Source of the DNA: a virus
IMG/VR virus record: IMGVR_UViG_3300027722_000005
Location: 1-64,000 of that record
DNA length: 64,000 bases
Strand: one strand, 5' to 3'
Below, piece by piece: positions 39,766 to 49,556 of the stretch. Each line of letters starts with the position of its first letter. Position 1 is the first letter of the stretch. Both the position numbers and the translations under genes were made by a program. The notes below the pieces were generated by a model. The model was not told where the DNA came from. It saw only the letters and a list, made by a program, of their open reading frames with translations, and ran no database searches.

Positions 39766-42068
39766 GGGGCAAGTTCTGCCTGCTGTTCCGCTGCCCAGGT
39801 GAACAGGTCGGGCATGTTGGTCTGTGCCTCGATGGCTTGCATGTTCTTGACCAGCACGTCAAAGTATTCCGGCTTGAGTTCGCACAGGGCGGCCCGGCGG
39901 CCGAGCTTGACGGCCATGTATCCCTCGCTGCCGATCCCGCCGAACGGGGTAAGGACCGTCTCGCCCGGGTTGGAGTAGAGTTTGATGCACCGCTCGATTG
40001 TGCCGAGCTGCAAGGGGCAAATGTGCTTTTCGTCGTCTTCGCCCCGGGCCACGCTGTATTGCAGGGTGTCAGTCTCTTGGATGCCAAGCCAGATCCCGTG
40101 AGCCCACTCGATCCACGTCTCGTTGTCCATCTCGCCATGGGCAACCGGCGTAACGGGCACGGCGTTGTCGCCCGGCTTTTTGAAGATGATCACCTGATCG
40201 ATGAGGGCGGGCCGGCTGTCTGCTGAGTCCTTGCGGAGTTGCACAAACAGCAGCGCCTTGCTTTTGACGCGGATGGCCTGTGCCTGAGGATTCTTCTGGA
40301 CAAACGCCCGCCCGGTGAAAACCCAGCCCTCCGCCTCATAAGCGCGGATGACCTCGCCCGGGAAGTCTCGGACGCCAATATAGCCATCCCGGCTTGCCAT
40401 CGCCGGAATATCCGATGTGTGAACGCAGGTCAAGCGGCCTGGCTTCGTAACGCGCAGCACGTCGCGGATGATGTAGCGGTAGTGGGCAAAGAACTGCCCC
40501 CAGTCCCGGCTGTTGCCCAGGTCGCGCTCGCTGTCGGTGTAGGTGTAGAGGTCCGCAAAGGGCGGGGAGTACACCGACAAGTCAATCGAGTTGTCGTCAA
40601 GCTCGCGCAGCCGTTCCACGGAATCGCCTAGCATGGCCGTCCAGTTCTGGCCGTATTCGGTACGCTGTCGGTAGTCAAAGGTTTGTGGGTCGGTCATGGT
40701 CAATTCTCCTTCCTCGTATTCGCGGATCTGCTCAATAAGCCCCCGGCGGAGTCGGGTTGCCATTGCATCCTTGCGCTGGATGTTGTGATAGATTTCGGCC
40801 TCCAGGTCAGATAGGATTGCATGAACGTTAACCGGCAGGGTCTGCCCGAAACGGTATTCCCGGCGGATGCCCTGATACCAGGTTTCCCATGAATCGTTGA
40901 GACCGAAAAAGGCCATGTTGCGGGCGTTCTGGAAGTTCATCCCGAACCCGCCGATCCTGAGTTTGGTCACAAGCGCCCGGTGCCGGCCGTCCTGGAACGC
41001 CTCGAAGGTGGCCGCCTTGTACTCTGGCGAGTCCGAACCCTTGACCTCGACGGCACCAGGCAGGGCGTCGGTTACGGCCCGGCTTTCATCCTCCAGGCCA
41101 ACCCACACGATCCACTGTTCGCCATCGTTGCCTACCAGGTCACGAAGAAGATCGAGGCGGGCATCTATAGTCCGCCGGCGGGTCGCGGCCCGGTCGGCTA
41201 TGCCTTTCAGGTGGGTGAAAAAGAGCTGATCGTCGGATGCGTACTCCGCCTTGACGAAGTGAGGGATGATATTCAGATCGGGCAGGATAAAGCCGTTATC
41301 ATCATAGCCAAGATCGCTTGGCTTGGTGATGCTCATGGCCCAAGATGCAAGCCAGCGAAAGAATGGCTTTTCGGCCGGGTGCTTGAGCCGCCATTCCTGG
41401 CCGCCCTTGTTGCTCCCCTTGCGCCTCCACGCCTTGCCGCTGTCATCGATGTAGGTATGCTCCAGGTTGGCATTGATGAAAAACATGGCCCGCATCTCGG
41501 CTTCGGTGCAAACCCCCAAGAATTCGGCATGGTTGCCAAGCTCTGTCATGTCGTTGGGCGCCGGTGTGGCGGTACAGGCCAGGCGGTAGGGTGTATCGGC
41601 GAACATGGCGGTTAGCTTCCGGCGGGTCACGCCCGATAGCGCCTTGAGGATGCTCGATTCATCCAGTACCACGGCGCCAAAGGCGGCGGGGTCAAACTCG
41701 CTCACCATCTCATAGTTGGTGATGTTGATCCCGCCCGCCAAGTCGGAACCGGAACGGGTGTAATGAATGTCCATGCCCAACTTGCGGGCCTCGCGCACGG
41801 TTTGGCGAGCCACAGACAGGGGGGCGACAATCAGGGCTCGCTCGCCAATCAGCCGTGCCCATTCGAGTTGGATGAACGTCTTGCCCAGGCCGGTATCGGC
41901 AAAGACGGCGGCCCGGCCCTTGCGGATGGCCCAACTTGCAATGTCTCTCTGAAAGCCAAAGAGGATCGGATTGATAGCAGCCGGGTCAATATCCTTGCCC
42001 GTCGCCCCGTGAAACCGCACCTTGGAAGACAAGAATTCCTGGTAGCCCACGGCCCCCGCGCCGCTCAT
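39762..42068 (-). CDS. SNF2-like helicase fused to N4/N6 DNA methyltransferase
   Basis: DTGLGKT, LDESS, TATPAPND, GMNFQ; then SPPF, HICPLQL, VLTPFGGIGSEG. Confidence 0.9.
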   Translation of the reverse strand: MSGAGAVGYQEFLSSKVRFHGATGKDIDPAAINPILFGFQRDIASWAIRKGRAAVFADTGLGKTFIQLEWARLIGERALIVAPLSVARQTVREARKLGMDIHYTRSGSDLAGGINITNYEMVSEFDPAAFGAVVLDESSILKALSGVTRRKLTAMFADTPYRLACTATPAPNDMTELGNHAEFLGVCTEAEMRAMFFINANLEHTYIDDSGKAWRRKGSNKGGQEWRLKHPAEKPFFRWLASWAMSITKPSDLGYDDNGFILPDLNIIPHFVKAEYASDDQLFFTHLKGIADRAATRRRTIDARLDLLRDLVGNDGEQWIVWVGLEDESRAVTDALPGAVEVKGSDSPEYKAATFEAFQDGRHRALVTKLRIGGFGMNFQNARNMAFFGLNDSWETWYQGIRREYRFGQTLPVNVHAILSDLEAEIYHNIQRKDAMATRLRRGLIEQIREYEEGELTMTDPQTFDYRQRTEYGQNWTAMLGDSVERLRELDDNSIDLSVYSPPFADLYTYTDSERDLGNSRDWGQFFAHYRYIIRDVLRVTKPGRLTCVHTSDIPAMASRDGYIGVRDFPGEVIRAYEAEGWVFTGRAFVQKNPQAQAIRVKSKALLFVQLRKDSADSRPALIDQVIIFKKPGDNAVPVTPVAHGEMDNETWIEWAHGIWLGIQETDTLQYSVARGEDDEKHICPLQLGTIERCIKLYSNPGETVLTPFGGIGSEGYMAVKLGRRAALCELKPEYFDVLVKNMQAIEAQTNMPDLFTWAAEQQAELAP

Positions 42069-42831
42069 CGCACTTCCTCCAGTGCCCGCCCCTCGTAGAA
42101 CCGGCGGTTGCGCTCGGCTTGCTGCGCTTCTTGCTCGTGCCGCTCCCGGGCCTGTTCCCGCCGCGCGCGTTGCCATGCCTGCCACAGAAGGACGGGTGCC
42201 AGGACCAGCGCCACGGTGCAGGCGGCGGCCACGACCAGGACTTGCAGGGTTGACTCGATCATGGTTCTATCCTTTCGCGCGGTGTCATCACTTGCGCTCA
42301 GTCAACCCGCCGAAACTTCAGCGAGCGGCGCAAATACTCAAAACCCCCTCTGGTGATTGGGAAATCTTGAATTACGTCATCATTCGTATCGAGTATGTCC
42401 AAAACAATGTGCGAGCCGTCGTCTACCAGTCCACCCGTTGCCCGAAGGCGGCGCAGCCACAGCTCACACCCGGACCACGCCCCGCCCGGAAAGGTGCAGG
42501 CTTCATAGTACCGGAACTTGTCAGCGATGATCCGAACCGGCCTAATCGCATATGCTCTCGGGTCCAAATCAATCGACATTCCTGCTACCCCTCTCTGCGC
42601 CTTCCATTGTTTGCACCCCCTGGCGATCATTCTACTGCTCTCCCTTCCTTTGCCAGCAGCATCGAGACCTTGATCTCGTTTGCTGCTCTCTGCATGTCAG
42701 ACAGGTAGACCAGGACAAGATCCCGGTTGCCCCTGCCCAGTGCCTCGCGGGCCTTGCTGCCCAAGTGCTCGATAGTCATGGCGGCGGCCAGTGCCTCGCA
42801 CCGGCTCGCCTCGGCGTTCTTGGGCCACCGC

Positions 42832-43239
42832 TTAGCTGGGGTTGTCATCGCTCCGCCCTCTGCCTTCCAACTCCCGGCGCAATTCCCGGCGGTTAGCGGA
42901 ATCGTTCAGCAGCGAGCGAAGGACGACGGGCGTACCGGCGACGGCAAACCCGGCCGCGAACCACAATGCCCATTCAGGCCGGGCGATGCCAAGTGCGACC
43001 AGGACCAGCGAGTCGCCAATGATGACGGTTAGCCAGGTGAAGTCGCTGACAAAGTTCCATTCCCGCTCGCTCCATTCCAAGAGCAGGGCGTAGCCGATGC
43101 CCCAGGGCAGAAGCGCCAGAAGCGCGGCCCCCAGGGTGCGCACGGTGAGCAGGTAGGCCAGGGCGCCGAGCGATAGCCCGGTAAGCGCCCCATAAGCTGC
43201 CAACTGTAGACTTCGTGACAACTTCGTGATATTATCCAT
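42832..43239 (-). CDS. Multi-pass membrane protein
   Basis: About 4 hydrophobic segments. Confidence 0.6.
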   Translation of the reverse strand: MDNITKLSRSLQLAAYGALTGLSLGALAYLLTVRTLGAALLALLPWGIGYALLLEWSEREWNFVSDFTWLTVIIGDSLVLVALGIARPEWALWFAAGFAVAGTPVVLRSLLNDSANRRELRRELEGRGRSDDNPS

Positions 43240-43378
43240 AGTGACAGTACCTTACAAACTGAATGATGTGAACGATAACAATAAGAACGAATGTGCCAGG
43301 GCCGCTTGTCGCCGGTTCCCCGCTGCCACGGGGCCGCGATGCCCGACCTTTCCCCGGCGGGCGGCCCTGGCGTAGTGG

Positions 43379-43636
43379 CTACCGCGCGTCGTTCTGTTCC
43401 ATGTTGGCGCGCAGGCGACCCAGGGCGATCTCGCGGCCCAGGCGGCGGCTCGGGTTGTCCTTGGGGCAGCAGCGGGCCAGGCCGAAATAGCCGTCGCAAA
43501 AGGCCAGGGTGAGATAGCGAGTGCCGCGCCGCTCGCAGTTTGCCAGGAGCGCCGGGTGGATGGGCGACTCGCCCGCGTACTGCCTGCCCGGCCACCAGTG
43601 ATAGACGCGGATCTTGCCGTTGGTTTCCTCGCTCAT
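43379..43636 (-). CDS. Hypothetical phage protein
   Basis: GLARCCPKDN.SRRLGREIALGR motif. Confidence 0.6.
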   Translation of the reverse strand: MSEETNGKIRVYHWWPGRQYAGESPIHPALLANCERRGTRYLTLAFCDGYFGLARCCPKDNPSRRLGREIALGRLRANMEQNDAR

Positions 43637-43652
43637 GGGGTTCGCTCCTTTC

Positions 43653-44024
43653 CTACAGCGCCTTGACGCTCACGCCGGGCGCGCCGCAAGTTATCTCAAC
43701 CCTGTTATCCAGCTCCATAAGGCGGAGCAATGCGCGGACCTCTTCAACTTGGATGCAGGCCAGGTCGAGATCTATGTGGGTGCGACGCTCCCCTGCCTCT
43801 GCGGCCTCTAACCTGGCGTAGTCCTCTGCCAGCACCTCGCGCGCCTTGGCCTCGCGCAGGTCGGCGTTCTTGCCGTCGATAGTGCCGCCTGCCAGGCCGG
43901 CCAGTTTGGCGATCTCCAGGGCGGCTCTTGCAGCGATGGCCTGTTCTGCCGCGATGTGATGGCTGACCAGGGTGTCGGCCTTGGCCCTGTAAGCCTCCTG
44001 AATGTGGGTAGCAGTTACGTTCAT
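43653..44024 (-). CDS. Hypothetical coiled-coil protein
   Basis: AAGGAG RBS; IDGKNADLREA motif. Confidence 0.6.
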   Translation of the reverse strand: MNVTATHIQEAYRAKADTLVSHHIAAEQAIAARAALEIAKLAGLAGGTIDGKNADLREAKAREVLAEDYARLEAAEAGERRTHIDLDLACIQVEEVRALLRLMELDNRVEITCGAPGVSVKAL

Positions 44025-44083
44025 CGTGACTCCTTTCAAATGTGCCCGCCGCGCCGCTCCCCCGAACGGCGCGGCGGTGGGTG

Positions 44084-45274
44084 CTAAAGCGGCAGCTCGC
44101 CCTGGCCCTGCTCAACCTGCCAGGTGGCGTAGACGATGGCGCATTCGCGGCCGGCGTACTCGTTCAGGCTCTTGATGTCATCGGGCACGGTGAGCCAGTC
44201 CAGAAGGGCCGACGCCTCGGCTTTCGTCAGCGAGCCGGTAGACGTGACGCCCAGTAGGTATTCGAGCACGGCATGGCGGCGGCCGGTGACTTCGTTCTCG
44301 CTCAACACGCCCTGGCTCGGCTTGACGGCCTGAGTCATCGTCGCCAGGAGCGCTGTAACCTGTGCCGGGGTGACGGCTTCGGTATCGGTGCGGCGGGTGT
44401 CGATGTCAATCCAGCCGCTATTCTTGCGGATGGCCTTGCGCACCTTCTCGGCGGGCAAGGGACGCGGCGGCGCGGGCGTAGCAGTAGCCTTGGGCTTGCT
44501 GCCGCCGCCGTTGGTGGGGGTTGTTGCGGCGGGCGGTTCTGGCGTCGCCTGCCGAACCGGGCGCGGCGTTGGCTCTGCCCCGGTGGTAAGCCAGGTGTTC
44601 AGGATGAGCGCCAGGTCTTCGCCCGGCTTGTTGATCATCTGGCCATGTAGGGCAGGGCAGCGTGATTTTGAAACGATGAAGTTGTTGTCCGGGTCCATAT
44701 CGGCCGTCACGTCAAACTCGTACTCCATGCCGTCGCGCTGCACCGGGGCCAGTCCCACCTTGCGCACCGCGGTCTTGCCGGTGTGCTCGTCCTTCTCCAT
44801 GACGTAATCGGTCTTGGTGCGCATCGTGGCGATGATGTGGCACCGGCTCTGAATCATGGCGTCGATCAGGGCGTTGTGCATGGGGGTCACGTCGCGCCAG
44901 GCGGTGTAGCTGTTGCGGCTCTGGCTGCGGGCCGTCGCCTTGTCCACCTGTTCCAACGCGCCCTCTTTGCCCATCCAGGCGTGGGACAGGCTGTCGATAA
45001 CCAGCACGTCGTACCCGGCGCCCTCTGCCGACTTGATGGCCTCCACGTAGGTCATGGGGCTGAACGTGTCCAGCTCCAGCACGTCGAAGTCAAACAGGTC
45101 GGCGTACTTGCTGGCACTGCCGCGTTCGGTATCAATGACGGCCAGCCGGCCGCCGTTCTTGAGGACAGAACCGACACGAAGGGCCGTGTAGGTCTTGCCG
45201 CTGCCGGATGGTCCGATGAGGGCCATTCTAAGACGCGACTTCTCTTTCGTCGCCTTGGTGAATTGAACAGGCAT
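44084..45274 (-). CDS. AAA_24-type (Sak4-like) recombination ATPase
   Basis: GPSGSGKT, IDTE, VIDSLSHAW, MRTK, QRDGMEYEFD, KSRC. Confidence 0.85.
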   Translation of the reverse strand: MPVQFTKATKEKSRLRMALIGPSGSGKTYTALRVGSVLKNGGRLAVIDTERGSASKYADLFDFDVLELDTFSPMTYVEAIKSAEGAGYDVLVIDSLSHAWMGKEGALEQVDKATARSQSRNSYTAWRDVTPMHNALIDAMIQSRCHIIATMRTKTDYVMEKDEHTGKTAVRKVGLAPVQRDGMEYEFDVTADMDPDNNFIVSKSRCPALHGQMINKPGEDLALILNTWLTTGAEPTPRPVRQATPEPPAATTPTNGGGSKPKATATPAPPRPLPAEKVRKAIRKNSGWIDIDTRRTDTEAVTPAQVTALLATMTQAVKPSQGVLSENEVTGRRHAVLEYLLGVTSTGSLTKAEASALLDWLTVPDDIKSLNEYAGRECAIVYATWQVEQGQGELPL

Positions 45275-46410
45275 GATTCGATCTCCTTTCCTTGCTGAAA
45301 ACGTGGCCGTAGAAACAAACAACGCAGGAGCCATGCTCCAGAACGTGATCGGCGTCTAGCTTGAACATGGGCGGGGCGTAACTCTCGCCGCATTCAGGAC
45401 AGGTAACGGCGGTCATAGCACGCCCCGTTGTGCGGCGCGCTTCTCTTCCTGCCAGTCGCGCCACTCCAGCCAGTCTAGCCACCATGCCGCATCGTTCAGC
45501 CGGGCCAGCTTGGCGTCTATGGCCCGCTCGATGCGGGCCAGGTTCGCGGCGGACACTTCGGCGCGCTTGGCGGCGGTCATGCCAGCACCGTGTACCCGTT
45601 CGCCCGCTGCTGCAAGACGGCGGAGTGCTCGTTGCCCGGCGAGCGCAGGACGGGGCGATAGATAGCGCCGCACTTGGCGCTATCCAGGTAACAGGCATTG
45701 GGGTCGCAGCCCCAGGCCGGGGCCAGCTCGGCGGCGATGTCGGCCAGCGCGCGGGCCTTGGCCTGTACACCCAGGCGGACCAGGCCGGCGAGCTCGTTAA
45801 GGACATTCTGCTTGGGGTCGATCTGTGCGGTGGTCATTGTGCCTCCTGCGCGGCTTGCAGTTCGTGGAACCGTGCCCAGAACGGTTCATGGTCGCGCTGT
45901 TCCGTGGAGTACAGGCCAACGTCGCCCACCACGGGCCAACCATTGATGTCATTCGCTGGCCCAACCGTGATGTCAAAGCCCGTTTCTTGCGCGGCCTGTA
46001 GGGCAAGGCCGGCCTGCCCGGCGTCGATATTGGAAATCATGGCCCGGGGCTGCTGTCTTGGGATGTAAAAGGAACTGTGCATGCTTACCTCCTGTTCTTG
46101 CGCGACGCCTGCCGCTGTGCCTTGCGGGCCTTGCGTCTTCGGGCCTCGGCGGTCGGGCTTTCGGTGTGCCCGGCGTTGTGCTTGCTGGCGCGGGTGATGC
46201 GGGTCATGTGGTCGCCTCCTGGGTGGTGTCGGATCGGGCGCAAAGATGGGGCACTCACGGAGTAGCACGACGGCCCTTGCGTCTGTGCCGTCGTGGGCGC
46301 TATTGGGAAAGCCGTACAGCTTCCCATCGCGTAGGTATATCGGCCAATAGCCGTCTGTCTCCGCATCGAATACGTGGGTGTACGGCTCTTCTTCCATCGC
46401 GTCTCTCCTT

Positions 46411-46687
46411 TCCCGCGGGCCTAGTTCCGCCCGCCGTTGCCGTTCGCCGGGGCGTCTGACTCGCAGTGACAACACGCCAGGCATTCGCGGATCGTCGCGT
46501 TGGTAACGAGCGCAACCCTGTGCCCCTCGCGGGCGTACTTGGCAATGTCAAGCACGTCTTCGGGCAGGATGCGCGAATTGGCGTAAAACAGCGCGCCACA
46601 GTCCTTGCAGTAGATGGCTACAACGTTCTTGTCCATCGTCTCTCTCCTCTCCCGCGGGCCTAGTTCCGCCCGCCGTTGCCGTTCGCC
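46411..46687. repeat. 38-bp perfect direct repeat pair (46411-46448, 46650-46687)
   Basis: TCCCGCGGGCCTAGTTCCGCCCGCCGTTGCCGTTCGCC occurs twice. Confidence 0.9.
46421..46636 (-). CDS. Small Cys-rich protein
   Basis: CKDCG...CLACCHC; ends ANGNGGRN. Confidence 0.6.
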   Translation of the reverse strand: MDKNVVAIYCKDCGALFYANSRILPEDVLDIAKYAREGHRVALVTNATIRECLACCHCESDAPANGNGGRN

Positions 46688-46851
46688 TTGGCTTCCATTT
46701 CGGCGGCTCTTTCTTCCGCCAGTGGCAAAAAAAAGCTGGGGTACTTCTCGTGTACTGCCTCATCGATGGCGTCTTTCATGTCGGAGCCGGTGAGGAACTT
46801 CATCCGCCGCAGGGCTGCGTGCGTGTCTTCTGAAACCGCTACAAGTGGCAT
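46660..46851 (-). CDS. Small putative DNA-binding protein at Cro position
   Basis: MPLVAVSEDTHAALRRMK...; GGAGG RBS; divergent from repressor. Confidence 0.6.
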   Translation of the reverse strand: MPLVAVSEDTHAALRRMKFLTGSDMKDAIDEAVHEKYPSFFLPLAEERAAEMEAKANGNGGRN

Positions 46852-46900
46852 AGTTGCCTCCCTCCTGAATGTTTTACTTCTGAAGTGTAAGACTGGGCTT

Positions 46901-46929
46901 ATTATAACGGTTAACCGTTTCCCTGTCAA
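46901..46929 (-). promoter_or_regulatory. Early lytic promoter with palindromic operator
   Basis: TTGACA-17-TATAAT; perfect 14-bp palindrome AACGGTTAACCGTT at 46906-46919. Confidence 0.85.
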
Positions 46930-47071
46930 GCCAAAGTGGGCTCTTGCGCCTAGCAATTTAAGGATAAAACCAGTAGAATCGTAACGAGTTGAAGTCCTAA
47001 CTTCTGGTCTGTCACTTCCAAACTTCCGCCCGATGCTGTAGAATATAAGGGCGAAATGTCAGGAGTAGCTT

Positions 47072-47500
47072 ATGGACACCTTTGCGGAATGGCTAATTGA
47101 GCGATGCGAAGAGCAGAACCTCAGTTGGTCTGAGGCCAGCCGACGGGCCGGCCTGGCGCACAACGCCATTTCCGAGATCGTGAACGGCGCGCCCGCCGGG
47201 GTCAAGAGAGTGTCGGCCCTGGCGGGGCTCTTTGGCGTGCGTACCGAAGACGCCCTCCGTATGGCCGGGATCTTGCCTGCCGAGCCCACCGACCGGGCCA
47301 TTGATGCCCAAGCCGCGTGGGCCATCGGCCAGATTTACGAAGCCCTGCCCACCTTGTCCCCGGCGGCGCAGCGGCTAATTGCCGACCAGGTTCTGTTTCT
47401 GGTTAATGCGCACCGGGCCGCCGCCGGCCTGGACGCGCCCGCTTCCGAATCCGTGAGCCAGAACGAGGGCGAGAGGACCACAACCAGCAGCAGCCACTAA
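47072..47500 (+). CDS. CI-like XRE repressor
   Basis: FAEWL...LSWSEASRRAGLAHNAISEIVNG...LRMAGIL. Confidence 0.85.
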   Translation: MDTFAEWLIERCEEQNLSWSEASRRAGLAHNAISEIVNGAPAGVKRVSALAGLFGVRTEDALRMAGILPAEPTDRAIDAQAAWAIGQIYEALPTLSPAAQRLIADQVLFLVNAHRAAAGLDAPASESVSQNEGERTTTSSSH

Positions 47501-47516
47501 GCACCACCCCCGCGAT

Positions 47517-47545
47517 TTGCCATTCTCGCCACCCTTTGCTATAAT
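47517..47545 (+). promoter_or_regulatory. Sigma70-type promoter
   Basis: TTGCCA-17-TATAAT with TGn extension. Confidence 0.7.
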
Positions 47546-47596
47546 GTTTCCCGTTGGCAACGTGCCAATGAGCCTCCAGTCATAGCTCAACCGAGC

Positions 47597-47815
47597 ATGG
47601 TCGCAACGGATGCGAGGGCGATGGACCAACAGACACAAGAGGAGTTGTTTCGTGCGATTTGTTATTTGCGCGAGGTCGGGGCCGTCGGCATTCTCCAGGA
47701 CATCCTCGAAGCCGTGATAGCCGCGCAACTGGCCGCCATCGGGGAGCGGCCCGCAGAGCCGCGCCGCGTGTTCGTGGAAGCCCGCCCGGCTGCCCAGTTT
47801 CGCCTCATCGGCTAG
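47597..47815 (+). CDS. Hypothetical protein
   Basis: ORF between promoter and integrase. Confidence 0.5.
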   Translation: MVATDARAMDQQTQEELFRAICYLREVGAVGILQDILEAVIAAQLAAIGERPAEPRRVFVEARPAAQFRLIG

Positions 47816-47961
47816 GGCCCTGTGTCGCCAGGGTGACGCCGGGCCGCACTATGGCTGCACGGAACATGAGCGCGACGTGTTCATGCCCCGCGCTTTTGTG
47901 GACAGGTGCCGCGCGATGTGTCTACGGCGGCGACAGATAGCTTAACTGGAGTATAAGGATC

Positions 47962-49470
47962 GTGAGCAGCCGCCCCTTGCGTGTCGCCATTTGGGCCGCC
48001 GTCTCTTCCAGGCGCCAGGCCGAAGAGGACAGGGTAAGCCTTGACGACCAGGAAAAGGCGGGCCTGGCCTGGGCGGAGGGCTTGGGTGCCGAGATTGTCA
48101 ACGTCTACCGGGTGCCGGGCCACACCCGGGACATCTGGAACTGGAACGAGGCCGAACGCGAGATGCCCGCCTATCGCCAGTTGCGCGAGGATGCCCAGGC
48201 CGGCAAGCTGGATCTGTTGTGGGCTTACGACATGGACAGGCTCGGGCGCGACCCGGCGCTAGGCCAGCAGGTCATCTCCCTGGTGGAAAAGTCGGACGGC
48301 CCCAACCTGCCCCGCGCCGAAGTCTATGTCGCCAGCTCCCCGCATGTTGTCGGCTCAAAGACCATAGGCCACCGCTACATCGGCGCTATCCAGTCCGTGC
48401 GTGCCGGCGAAGACCAGGAAATGCGCGTCCGGCGTTTCAAGATGGGCATGAAGGGCCGCGTACTCCGCCATGGCCTGATGGGCACCACGATCCCGGCGGG
48501 CTACACGCGCGTCAAGGACGGCGACGGGAAGACCACCGGCTACGCCCTGGACGACAACGCCCCGGCCGTGGATACGGTGACGCGCCTCTACCTGGACGGC
48601 CTGCCCTATGCCGAGGTTGCCCGCCGCATGAACGAGAGCGGCTACCGCTACCCGGGCGGGCGTCCCTGGCGCTACTATGACATCGGCCGCATCATCCGCA
48701 ACGACGCCTATGCCGGGCGCCCGCGTCTCGGGCCGCTCCAGTGGGAAGGCGAGCCACAGTATCCGGCCATCTGGGACGATGCCACCTGGACGGCGGTGCA
48801 GCGTGAGCGACAACGGCGACGAGTGGCGCCACAGGTTTCGCACGGCGGCAACCCCTACAGCGGCGTCCTCTTCTGCGCTCGTTGTGGCGGCGGGATGAAC
48901 CAGGTGATCAGCCGCACCGGGGGCCGCGTCTATTTGTACTATCGCTGCCAAACCCACGCGCGACAGACGGAGCATGGCCGCTCGTGCCATTGCAACTTTA
49001 TCGCCCGCTGGAAGGTGACAAGCGCCCTTGTCGCCTACTTCTACAGCCTCCAGACGCCCGAACGGGTGGATGCCCTGCTTGCCGAGTATGGCGACAGTGC
49101 CGACGCCGAACGGCTGCGCGGTGAGATCGCGGCGGCGGAGAAGGCGGCGAAGGAAACCGAAGTGGCGCGCTACCAGGCGGGGCTAACGCACTCGCGAGGC
49201 AAGATGCACACGGACATTTACCGGCAGGTTGACGACGAGCTGCTTGCCGAGCTTGCGGCGCATCAAGGCCGGGCGGCGGAGCTGGCTCGACATCTGGCCG
49301 CTTTGCCCGATCTGGACGCATGGCGCAAGCAACTTGCCGACGTCGCCGGCACGTTTGCCGAGGTCATTGAGGATGGCCTTGTGGCGCCAGAGACGATAGC
49401 GGCGGCGTTGCAACGGGCGGGCGTTCGCTGCTGGGTCGAGGATGGCGAGGTCGTCAAGATCGAGCCGTGA
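47962..49470 (+). CDS. Large serine recombinase (integrase)
   Basis: AVSS..Q...SL..Q, DRLGR, recombinase domain (N.AYAG), Zn ribbon LFCARCG...YYRC, coiled coil. Confidence 0.93.
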   Translation: MSSRPLRVAIWAAVSSRRQAEEDRVSLDDQEKAGLAWAEGLGAEIVNVYRVPGHTRDIWNWNEAEREMPAYRQLREDAQAGKLDLLWAYDMDRLGRDPALGQQVISLVEKSDGPNLPRAEVYVASSPHVVGSKTIGHRYIGAIQSVRAGEDQEMRVRRFKMGMKGRVLRHGLMGTTIPAGYTRVKDGDGKTTGYALDDNAPAVDTVTRLYLDGLPYAEVARRMNESGYRYPGGRPWRYYDIGRIIRNDAYAGRPRLGPLQWEGEPQYPAIWDDATWTAVQRERQRRRVAPQVSHGGNPYSGVLFCARCGGGMNQVISRTGGRVYLYYRCQTHARQTEHGRSCHCNFIARWKVTSALVAYFYSLQTPERVDALLAEYGDSADAERLRGEIAAAEKAAKETEVARYQAGLTHSRGKMHTDIYRQVDDELLAELAAHQGRAAELARHLAALPDLDAWRKQLADVAGTFAEVIEDGLVAPETIAAALQRAGVRCWVEDGEVVKIEP

Positions 49471-49490
49471 AAACTGGCCGAATTGGGGTA

Positions 49491-49519
49491 TTGACAAATG
49501 GAATAAAGTATGATAATAT
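49491..49519 (+). promoter_or_regulatory. Sigma70-type promoter
   Basis: TTGACA-17-TAATAT in AT-rich patch. Confidence 0.6.
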
Positions 49520-49556
49520 TAGGCCATCAAGAAGGATGGGGGGGGGGCTAACGGAA

